IMG/VR virus record: IMGVR_UViG_3300045988_160053
DNA: 64,000 nt
From: a virus
Strand: one strand, 5' to 3'
Shown: positions 57,025 to 64,000 of the stretch, piece by piece
Layout: each line of letters opens with the position of its first letter
How positions within the stretch are numbered: position 1 is the stretch's first letter
Program-made: the position numbers and the translations under genes
The notes under the pieces: model-generated
The model's database searches: none
Told to the model about the DNA's origin: nothing
The model's input: the letters and a program-made list of their open reading frames with translations, nothing else

Positions 57025-57924
57025 TTACCAAACAATAGCTCCTGATTCATCTGTCTCTGCAGAAATTACAGTGGATGAGACTACTACAGGTTCATTATTT
57101 TCTGCAGCCGCAACTACAATCTTTACAATTTCATCTGCAATATCATCAAGACGATTAATGGTCCTAAAATGATTATCATCAAGATACTCTGAAAAAGACT
57201 CAACTATTCCTCTCTGGTCATATCCATCACGATGATTTACATTAATGTGATAAATATCAAATTTCTCAGATGTTTCCATATATAAATCTTTAGTTTCTAC
57301 ATCGGCCTGAAGCGTATCGCCAGTTGTAATTCCTAATCCAGAGCGTCGTCCTGATACTGGTAAGTACGGATTAAGACGTTCGTCCCCAATTGTGATAATT
57401 ACGCCTTTTTTACCCCTATTCCAACAATCAAGTTTTGTATGACGAGATCCAAAATACCAAGCAGCAGTATATGACTCGAAACAATTACCTCCGCCGCCAA
57501 ATTCAAAATAGATTTTATCAAGCTGCTCCGCAATTCTAATATCGGATTCAAACTGTGATGCCTGAATTGGATAATTATCATATGCTAAATCACCAATACC
57601 CATAATCATAAATTCTACATCTTTAATCTGACCATATAATTTTGTCATGATTTCATTAAGTCTTTTTGCAATTTCTACTGCGGTCTGTCCCATAGATCCT
57701 GTGACATCCAAAGCTAAAATGACTGGTAAAGTATTCGGATGCTCTTCATTATCACAACATTCTCTAATAACACCTTTAGGATCGAGTGCTGCATCAATAT
57801 TTTTTGCTTTAAACATTTCCTGATTAGAATAACTTCCTGTAACTACTCCTCGTGAATCAGTGCCATATCCTTTTGATGTTGAATAACTTACAAAACTTCT
57901 AGTATCCCAACTTCCGCTTCCCAT
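57025..57924 (-). CDS. von Willebrand factor A (vWA) domain protein
   Basis: MIDAS-like LPVILALDVTGSMG followed by an alternating beta/alpha pattern. RBS GAGGAGGA. Confidence 0.7.
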   Translation of the reverse strand: MGSGSWDTRSFVSYSTSKGYGTDSRGVVTGSYSNQEMFKAKNIDAALDPKGVIRECCDNEEHPNTLPVILALDVTGSMGQTAVEIAKRLNEIMTKLYGQIKDVEFMIMGIGDLAYDNYPIQASQFESDIRIAEQLDKIYFEFGGGGNCFESYTAAWYFGSRHTKLDCWNRGKKGVIITIGDERLNPYLPVSGRRSGLGITTGDTLQADVETKDLYMETSEKFDIYHINVNHRDGYDQRGIVESFSEYLDDNHFRTINRLDDIADEIVKIVVAAAENNEPVVVSSTVISAETDESGAIVW

Positions 57925-57926
57925 AA

Positions 57927-58544
57927 TTATTCATCCTCCTCTAAATCATCTTCACTATCTTCTGTGTCTGTATCATCCATGCTAAAATCAAACATACCGT
58001 CAAATACATCACCAATACCACCATTCATCATCATAAATGGCATCATAGCACTCATTGGATTACTGTCTGTTCCAGTTCCGGTACCGGCCGCTCCATTCAT
58101 CATCTGGGACATCATCATATATTTAAAGATTTTATTTGCACTATTCTTATCTTTTCCAAGATTACTTCCGAACATAGATACAATTTTCCCATAGAAATAA
58201 GTATTGCCCATAAATACATGGCGCTCCGGCAGAATTGTTTCAACTGTAGAATCTTCATAATTGATTACAGTGATCTTTGTTTTATCTGCTTCGATGACGC
58301 ACTTAGGTTTGCCATTTACAAGGATGATGTCTCCTTTAGCCACCTTATTTGTTGGAATGACGAAGAAAAAGTTTTCATCTACTCCTGGGAATACAAAATT
58401 TCCACAGTTTGTGAGCTTACCGGATTTAACATTGTAACTCTTATATCCATTAGAGGTTTTTACTGCGATATTACCACTCATAGATAACTTACACATTCCA
58501 CTACCAATTTTTCCAAACATTCCATTCATAAAATTATTCATCAT
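57927..58544 (-). CDS. hypothetical Met/Gly-rich protein with poly-acidic C-terminus
   Basis: Trimmed to ATG 58544 (RBS GGAGGG, 7-nt spacer). …MMMSQMMNGAAGTGTGTDSNPMSAMMPFMMMNGG…DDTDTEDSEDDLEEDE. Confidence 0.55.
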   Translation of the reverse strand: MMNNFMNGMFGKIGSGMCKLSMSGNIAVKTSNGYKSYNVKSGKLTNCGNFVFPGVDENFFFVIPTNKVAKGDIILVNGKPKCVIEADKTKITVINYEDSTVETILPERHVFMGNTYFYGKIVSMFGSNLGKDKNSANKIFKYMMMSQMMNGAAGTGTGTDSNPMSAMMPFMMMNGGIGDVFDGMFDFSMDDTDTEDSEDDLEEDE

Positions 58545-58567
58545 TTTAATTCCCTCCATTGTTTAAT

Positions 58568-59122
58568 TTAATTTCTATTGATTACATTAATCTGGCAGCT
58601 TTCCATTACATCAAGAGCCGCTTTATGCTTTTCCGGTGTTGATCCTGCGCAGCATGATGCATCAACTGTGATTTTTGCCTCTGGATAATAAGTTTTAATC
58701 AAAAGAGCGTTTGTAATAACACAGATATCTGTGCATATGCCAATAATTTCAATATCTAATAAAGAAGAATCATATGCGATACCAAATGTTTCTTCCCAAT
58801 CCCAGTCATCAAATCCAAAAGTAGATTTACAACATACCATAAAACTATCGAGATTTTTATAATCAAGTTCATCAACAATTTCCCAACCTTTAGTACCATA
58901 CATACAATGTTCAGGAAGTTTTCTGCCCTCTGAAGTATCTGCGTAATCTGAATGATGAGTATCCTTTGTAAGAATTACATAATCCCCATTATTCTTATAT
59001 TCATCAAATTTCTCTTTTACATTCGGAATAATAGCCTGAGCTTCCGGTGTACCAAGTGAACCGGTTACAAAATCATTCTGTACATCAATCACAATCAAGA
59101 CTTTCTTTTTCTCTTTTTCCAT
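58568..59122 (-). CDS. pncA: nicotinamidase (isochorismatase family)
   Basis: LIVIDVQNDF (catalytic Asp), DTHHSDY…LPEHCMYGTKGWEI (metal site pattern) and IIGICTDICV (catalytic Cys). Trimmed to ATG 59122 (RBS GGGAGAA). Confidence 0.85.
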   Translation of the reverse strand: MEKEKKKVLIVIDVQNDFVTGSLGTPEAQAIIPNVKEKFDEYKNNGDYVILTKDTHHSDYADTSEGRKLPEHCMYGTKGWEIVDELDYKNLDSFMVCCKSTFGFDDWDWEETFGIAYDSSLLDIEIIGICTDICVITNALLIKTYYPEAKITVDASCCAGSTPEKHKAALDVMESCQINVINRN

Positions 59123-59444
59123 CTCTGTTCTCCCATTCTTTAATTTGCTGTGATCCATCTTCAACTTGCTGCTTATCATGTTTTGAATAGTTGTCTGCCG
59201 GACCATAAGCACCTTTATGTCGATATGAAGCATGTCCTTTACGAGTATTAGTTTTTACTGCAGTGCCACCTCGACCAAGCAAACCATTATGACCTTTTGC
59301 TAATACACCAGATTTAAATTCAGGTTCATCAATCCATTCTCCAAGATATCTTCCGGAATATTTTTGGCCCTTAATTAATCTGCGTCTCTTTTTAATACTT
59401 TTTAACCTTTGTTCTCTCAAATATCCTCTGTTACGTTCCGGCAT
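59085..59444 (-). CDS. hypothetical basic protein (119 aa)
   Basis: Strong RBS GGAGGAATAGTA before ATG 59444. Its 3' end overlaps the trimmed pncA start by 38 nt in another frame. Confidence 0.55.
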   Translation of the reverse strand: MPERNRGYLREQRLKSIKKRRRLIKGQKYSGRYLGEWIDEPEFKSGVLAKGHNGLLGRGGTAVKTNTRKGHASYRHKGAYGPADNYSKHDKQQVEDGSQQIKEWENRDGKREKESLDCD

Positions 59445-59446
59445 TA

Positions 59447-59905
59447 CTATTCCTCCAGTCTATACAAAATAATTGGTCCACCTTCAATATAGAACGTCGC
59501 ATTGTAATCTATAAATTCTCTAGCCTCATCTTCTGTCATATCCTCATGATTAACTAAAGATTCAACCATTTTTTCGTAATCATATATTGCTCTATCATCA
59601 GAAGAAATACCAAGAAACGCATCTTCATAAGATGGATTTGTAAAAAATATCGTTCCCTCGTACCCGGCCTCTAACAATAACCGTTCTGTTTTTGATACTT
59701 GGTCTTCATATATATTATCTGCATGTGCTTCAATGTCATCATGTAACGTCTCTTCTGGGTAATCTATAAGAGAATCCATAATATAAGAAGAAGTAATCAT
59801 ATTTAAAGCCTTTTCTTCTGAAATTTGATATTTTCTTTGTAATACAGCTTGCAATCCTTCAATGTAACCCTTAACACTTTCTGTAAGTTCTGATATATCT
59901 ACCAT
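59447..59905 (-). CDS. hypothetical acidic protein (152 aa)
   Basis: Track ORF. 1-nt overlap with the upstream stop. Confidence 0.6.
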   Translation of the reverse strand: MVDISELTESVKGYIEGLQAVLQRKYQISEEKALNMITSSYIMDSLIDYPEETLHDDIEAHADNIYEDQVSKTERLLLEAGYEGTIFFTNPSYEDAFLGISSDDRAIYDYEKMVESLVNHEDMTEDEAREFIDYNATFYIEGGPIILYRLEE

Positions 59906-60642
59906 TATGCGATCCTCACAATCTGTTCATATATAACTATATCTTTTATTGTTATTGCTTTATTGTCGTGGTAATGCCCACACAACCAACGCTTATAATC
60001 AACATTGCGCCTTATTTCTTCCAGATAATTTGTTAACTTATCCGGCTTATATAGTCCATGTGATAATAATGCTGCTGTAGAAGAAGCTGTACAATGTGTT
60101 AAGATAAAATCTACCTTATTATTATGTTCTGCCAGATTCTTTATACCCTCATCCATCTCTTCTTGATTTGGCATTTCTCGTTCCCACCATGAAATATGAT
60201 TGATTCGGTACATTTTATCCGGATCATCCCTCCATTCTTTTACTCTTGGATCGTCAATCTCTAATACTCCATCTGAAATATCATGACTTGAAGCTCCTCC
60301 AAAGGTAAAGAATTTTAATCCGTCTATATCAAATACCTGTCCTCTCATAAGATGAATTATCGATGGTTTAATAAAATGCACCTTACCACCATGCCATTCT
60401 TCTACCGGATAAGAATCTAATATATCGTAATTCTCATGATTTCCGTCAATAAAGAGTGTTGTGAAATGTTTCTCTTCAAGCCAATTCAGGTACCACCTTT
60501 GTTGCGGTGAATCTCTCCATATTCCAAAATCTCCAAGAATTATCACATAATCGTCCTTCGACATCTCACGCTGTTCGGGAAAAGAATCCATATTAACTCT
60601 ATGGATCCAATCCCCATGCGTATCTCCAGTTACCCAAATCAT
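59905..60642 (-). CDS. calcineurin-like metallophosphoesterase
   Basis: WVTGDTHGD, ILGDFG, GNHEN and GHYH motifs in order. ATG 60642 is preferred over the track's TTG 60657. Confidence 0.8.
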   Translation of the reverse strand: MIWVTGDTHGDWIHRVNMDSFPEQREMSKDDYVIILGDFGIWRDSPQQRWYLNWLEEKHFTTLFIDGNHENYDILDSYPVEEWHGGKVHFIKPSIIHLMRGQVFDIDGLKFFTFGGASSHDISDGVLEIDDPRVKEWRDDPDKMYRINHISWWEREMPNQEEMDEGIKNLAEHNNKVDFILTHCTASSTAALLSHGLYKPDKLTNYLEEIRRNVDYKRWLCGHYHDNKAITIKDIVIYEQIVRIA

Positions 60643-60797
60643 GTCCGTGATCCCCAAATGAAGTAGTTAACACTTAAAATAAATAATGATATTGCAGAAG
60701 GCCAATAACCATCCGGAACAACATTATTCATAACAACGCTCATGCATATCACACTGATAATGAAAAACACAATATTTTTTAATATCGTTTTAATCAT
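60639..60797 (-). CDS. 52-aa membrane micro-protein
   Basis: My translation: MIKTILKNIVFFIISVICMSVVMNNVVPDGYWPSAISLFILSVNYFIWGSRT. TAATG overlap upstream and ATGA overlap downstream. Confidence 0.45.
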   Translation of the reverse strand: MIKTILKNIVFFIISVICMSVVMNNVVPDGYWPSAISLFILSVNYFIWGSRT

Positions 60798-61417
60798 TAT
60801 TTCGTTAACTCCTTATACTGATCAAGCAAGGCCGCCAGTTCTGGATTCTCAGCCGCATACATTTCATATTTCTTTGTTACATCCATCTGCTTAATAACTG
60901 CATCCATATCTTTTTTAAGCTTCTCAGCTTTCTTTCTATTTTCAACACGCTGGTCATATGCAGATGTATCAACTCTACAGATAATTTCTGCAGTAATATT
61001 CTTGGCGCATTTTACTTCTGCTTCCGACACAGTTAAAATTTCTTTAATTGTCAGAACATCTTTGTTACAACCACTTACTAAAACCTGGTCTCCGGCTTTA
61101 TATGTATTGCCATCGTCAAAGACTGCATAATAATAGTCTTTTTTACAACAACAAGTTACTTCTTCAATTACTGCTACTGCATAATATCCTGTTAATTTTG
61201 CCATTTGTCCATTCTCCTCTTCTGATTTATATAAATGCGTCAAATATTGTTTTTCTACTTCAAAAATCATAGAATCAGAATTATGTACTGTATATAATTC
61301 GCAATTAATGTTCGTGATGATTCCCTCAGTTCCCTCAAGGCGTTCGTAACCTTGAGGGAGATTGGTTAATTTTACATAATCGCCAACAATAAATTTTTCT
61401 ATTTTCCATCTAATCAT
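60797..61417 (-). CDS. hypothetical protein (206 aa)
   Basis: Track ORF. No motif. Confidence 0.6.
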   Translation of the reverse strand: MIRWKIEKFIVGDYVKLTNLPQGYERLEGTEGIITNINCELYTVHNSDSMIFEVEKQYLTHLYKSEEENGQMAKLTGYYAVAVIEEVTCCCKKDYYYAVFDDGNTYKAGDQVLVSGCNKDVLTIKEILTVSEAEVKCAKNITAEIICRVDTSAYDQRVENRKKAEKLKKDMDAVIKQMDVTKKYEMYAAENPELAALLDQYKELTK

Positions 61418-61420
61418 AGT

Positions 61421-61594
61421 TTATTTCCCAAATACTGATTTCAGTAATAAGATTACAAGCCAAATTCCTGTAGCAATCAACCAGCTGAAAGCGACCCCGA
61501 AACATAATGTGATTAATTTTATAATTCCACATGTTACGATCCAACTGAAAGCTAATGCCAATAATGACATAATAATAAGTAACATTCCCCTCAT
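61421..61594 (-). CDS. 57-aa two-TM micro-protein
   Basis: My translation: MRGMLLIIMSLLALAFSWIVTCGIIKLITLCFGVAFSWLIATGIWLVILLLKSVFGK. Starts 1 nt after the SPFH stop. Confidence 0.45.
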   Translation of the reverse strand: MRGMLLIIMSLLALAFSWIVTCGIIKLITLCFGVAFSWLIATGIWLVILLLKSVFGK

Positions 61595-61595
61595 A

Positions 61596-62558
61596 TTATT
61601 CTCCTTTTACACTTGCTGTTCCTGATGTTAAATCACCTGCATCAACAATTGTTGCAGCATTTCCACCTTGTACCTTCGGCACATCACCATTCCACTTATC
61701 AATCTTCTGTTTCTCAATAAGCTCTGGAGTAAGAGACTCAGCAATTTTCTTATTTGCTTCTGCTTCAGCATCCGCTTTAATTCTTGTTGCTTCCGCTTTA
61801 CCTTCAGCAGTGATCTTCGCCTGTTCAGCCTCAATAGCGGCCTTTTCTTTATCCTGTTCTGCTGCAATAAGAGCAACTTCTTTATCTTTATCTGCCTGTA
61901 CCTTTGCAGTCTTAGCTTCAATATTTGCAAGTTCCAGTTCCTGCTGTGCATTTACTTTCTTCTGAATAGCTGCCTGAGTTTCATCATCGGTTGAAATCGA
62001 AGTAAAGTTTACAGTATCAATGATAATTCCATATGGCTCAAATTTCTTTTTCAAGTATTTGTCAAGTGCTTCATTCAGTTCCTGGCGTTTATCACCAAAT
62101 ACATCTGTTACCGGATACTTAGCAGTTACTTCCTGTGTCCACGCTTTCATCTTTGGTTTAATGAAAGTATTTTTTACACTTTCACCGGACTGACCTTTAA
62201 ATCTTGTAAATACATCAGCAACTTGATCCTGATCGAACTTATAAGAGAATTCCAAATCAACAAGAAGCTGTTTTCCATCAGCAGTAGGTGTTTTAAAACT
62301 CTCATCTTTTGGTGAATCACCTTTATCTTCTGAAGTCAGATAAGACTGTTCAATACCAATTGAATACAGTGATGTTTTTACTGTAGGTGAAATCAAATGC
62401 CATCCCTGTGGAAGAGTATCATTTGAAATTCCGCCGTTCATCTTGTATTCTACAGCTACATAACCAGCAGGAACTCTTACCGTACACTTTGCTACACAAA
62501 TTAATCCTGCTACAATTATTACTGCTAATCCAACCCCACCTAAAAATCCTTTTCTCAT
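61596..62558 (-). CDS. SPFH/band-7 (prohibitin/flotillin-like) membrane protein
   Basis: N-terminal TM, an SPFH core (…VPAGYVAVEYKMNGG…VDLEFSYKF…IIIDTVNFTSI…), then an Ala/Glu/Lys coiled coil. Confidence 0.8.
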   Translation of the reverse strand: MRKGFLGGVGLAVIIVAGLICVAKCTVRVPAGYVAVEYKMNGGISNDTLPQGWHLISPTVKTSLYSIGIEQSYLTSEDKGDSPKDESFKTPTADGKQLLVDLEFSYKFDQDQVADVFTRFKGQSGESVKNTFIKPKMKAWTQEVTAKYPVTDVFGDKRQELNEALDKYLKKKFEPYGIIIDTVNFTSISTDDETQAAIQKKVNAQQELELANIEAKTAKVQADKDKEVALIAAEQDKEKAAIEAEQAKITAEGKAEATRIKADAEAEANKKIAESLTPELIEKQKIDKWNGDVPKVQGGNAATIVDAGDLTSGTASVKGE

Positions 62559-62725
62559 TACTCATTCTCCTTATCTTTTTCTTTATTTTCTTCTCTGTTT
62601 ATTTCATCTGCTGCATCTTTCCAGATCCTATGTAAGAATCTACCAAATGGATAAAACAATGCAGATAATAGAAACCATAAAATTACTGCTCCAACTAATA
62701 CTAAAAATATAAATACCGGATTCAT
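62558..62725 (-). CDS. 55-aa single-TM micro-protein
   Basis: My translation: MNPVFIFLVLVGAVILWFLLSALFYPFGRFLHRIWKDAADEINREENKEKDKENE. RBS AAGGAGAA. TAATG overlap with the SPFH start. Confidence 0.45.
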   Translation of the reverse strand: MNPVFIFLVLVGAVILWFLLSALFYPFGRFLHRIWKDAADEINREENKEKDKENE

Positions 62726-62739
62726 ATAATTCTCCTTAC

Positions 62740-62769
62740 TACGGTATGCGTGTTCTTACGCATACCGTA
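62740..62769 (-). promoter_or_regulatory. perfect 12-bp hairpin in an intergenic gap (no U-tract)
   Basis: TACGGTATGCGT (62740-62751) pairs with ACGCATACCGTA (62758-62769), 6-nt loop. Lies between the coiled-coil gene stop and the next RBS. Confidence 0.3.
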
Positions 62770-62780
62770 TAATTAAATTA

Positions 62781-63761
62781 TCATTTATTATTCTGCTGAG
62801 TCTGACCGTTCAGAATTTTAACTCCACCGGTAGATTCTACAGTCTTAGCAGCAAGTTCTCTCATCTGAGCATATGCATCGTCAAGTTTCTGCTGTAATTC
62901 AACTTTTTCTGCTCTCGCATTAGCCAGATCCTCTGTAAGTCTTTCATTTTTATCTTCCAGAAGCTGTTTCTGATATTCAGCATCTTTCTTAAGTGCTCTG
63001 ACCTCAAACGCATTTGATTTATCAGCATCGGCTCTACCTTTTTTAATACCTTCCTCTGTTGCTGCTGCAATCAATGTCGGAATCTCTTCTACTTTTGCTT
63101 CTAATTCCTTTACATGATCAGCTTTTGCATTCAGTTCTGTTTCTTTCTCAAGAGCCGCTGTTTCTCTAAGTTCCAAAATCTTTTCTCTAGCAGCTTTCTC
63201 ATCTTCCCACTTATCATTTTCAGCTTTACGACTACGTTTCAGATTATAGGTATATTCATCTTCCTCACGGCTACGAGTTAATTTAATTTCATTTTCTCTT
63301 GCTTTAGCTTCTGCATTGATAGAATCAATAATTTCCTGTTTCTGCTGCTTCAGTGCCTCAATTTCAGCTTTCAGTGTATCTTTTTTCTCACCCAATTCAG
63401 CTTCAATCTCTGCTTCTTTCGCTGCCTGAGCCTCTTTTAACTCTTCATTTTTCTCTTTATAAGCATTGATCATAGCTGCCATAGCATTTGCTTTTGTCTC
63501 AATGCCATATAATTCATCTAACTCAAGCTGTTTAATTTCAATAGCTTCTGTAAGATCATTGTATTTCTTGATAATCTCTGGATTAAAGATATCCTCTTTT
63601 GCTGTTGCATCTGCAGATTCGATAACTTCTACCTTTTTAGCCTTCGCTGCTTCTTTTGCAGGATCATCAATCATTCGGTCTCTTGTATCAAGTTTCTCCA
63701 CCGCTGCCTTATACGCTTCCATAATTTCTGCCTTTGTTGATTTCATTGTAATTTCTGCCAT
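62781..63761 (-). CDS. long coiled-coil protein (326 aa)
   Basis: Track ORF with an AAAGGAGAA RBS. Ala/Glu/Lys heptad sequence throughout. Confidence 0.6.
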   Translation of the reverse strand: MAEITMKSTKAEIMEAYKAAVEKLDTRDRMIDDPAKEAAKAKKVEVIESADATAKEDIFNPEIIKKYNDLTEAIEIKQLELDELYGIETKANAMAAMINAYKEKNEELKEAQAAKEAEIEAELGEKKDTLKAEIEALKQQKQEIIDSINAEAKARENEIKLTRSREEDEYTYNLKRSRKAENDKWEDEKAAREKILELRETAALEKETELNAKADHVKELEAKVEEIPTLIAAATEEGIKKGRADADKSNAFEVRALKKDAEYQKQLLEDKNERLTEDLANARAEKVELQQKLDDAYAQMRELAAKTVESTGGVKILNGQTQQNNK

Positions 63762-63829
63762 GTTTTTAGTTCTCCTTTTTCTCCGTGTTTTGTTTAATTA
63801 AATTTTTATATCAAAGCTTTAATAGCTTA

Positions 63830-64000
63830 TCAATCATTATTAATGTCATCTTTATACAGAACGATCTTTTTCTCTTCGAGTGATCTCTGCACATCAATTA
63901 CTCTTTGATTAGTTGATCCAGCCCAATGATAATTTACATCTGCCAAATCTTTCTTAAACATACCGTCTACAATTACATTTGTATTCAACAAAATATCTGT
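63830..64000 (-). CDS. hypothetical protein, partial (N-terminus lies beyond the window)
   Basis: My translation of the reverse strand is open from 64000 to TGA at 63832-63830 (…VIVDGMFKKDLADVNYHWAGSTNQRVIDVQRSLEEKKIVLYKDDINND). Confidence 0.4.
   Translation of the reverse strand, partial: TDILLNTNVIVDGMFKKDLADVNYHWAGSTNQRVIDVQRSLEEKKIVLYKDDINND

Noticed and set aside
32042-60657. N-terminal extensions given by the ORF track (32042, 35015, 37450, 39578, 48349, 50215, 51520, 54431, 58559, 59233, 60657)
   Set aside because: In each case a downstream ATG has a properly spaced GGAGG-type RBS. It either abuts or minimally overlaps the upstream stop, and conserved family motifs begin right after it. 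The extensions overlap the preceding gene.

Overview
AT-rich, tightly packed, strand-polarised window. It reads as part of a large temperate siphovirus-like phage of a low-GC Gram-positive, probably anaerobic (Clostridia-like) host. Support: strong GGAGG ribosome-binding sites, a GH25+CHAP+SH3b endolysin, a Tn916-type excisionase and a radical SAM enzyme. Integrase, excisionase and a candidate attP sit mid-window between the lysis genes and the early/accessory genes, so this looks like the non-integrated (circular or virion) permutation rather than an integrated prophage.

Layout:
1. 1-1.1 kb: three small genes.
2. 1.1-37.5 kb (+ strand): an unusually large tail-tip module. It holds a 2802-aa tape measure, Dit, a 2029-aa Tal, a 2407-aa mosaic fibre and several further fibre proteins, including two glycine-rich adhesin-like proteins.
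3. 37.5-39.6 kb: a small operon ending in a radical SAM/SPASM maturase.
4. 39.6-41.9 kb: lysis genes.
5. 41.9-44.3 kb: candidate attP, int, xis and an HPr-like gene.
6. 44.4-64 kb (- strand): about 40 co-directional, often translationally coupled accessory genes.

Main candidates for something new:
A. An 813-aa tail-fibre-like protein begins with about 205 residues of near-perfect Cys-X-X-X repeat (52 cysteines). It lies in the same terminated operon as a radical SAM/SPASM peptide maturase and a small accessory protein. This suggests RiPP-style maturation of a virion structural protein.
B. A minus-strand island combines a complete NAD+ salvage set (PRPP-synthetase-like, NAMPT-family fused to a HAD-like domain, NMNAT, NadE, PncA) with three ADP-ribose/NAD-handling enzymes (macro, NADAR, Tpt1/KptA) and a short PurA/PurZ-like enzyme. 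It looks like a counter-defence island against NAD+-depleting and ADP-ribosylating immunity.

All functional calls come from motif recognition by eye, with no database search. No rRNA, tRNA or CRISPR array was seen.
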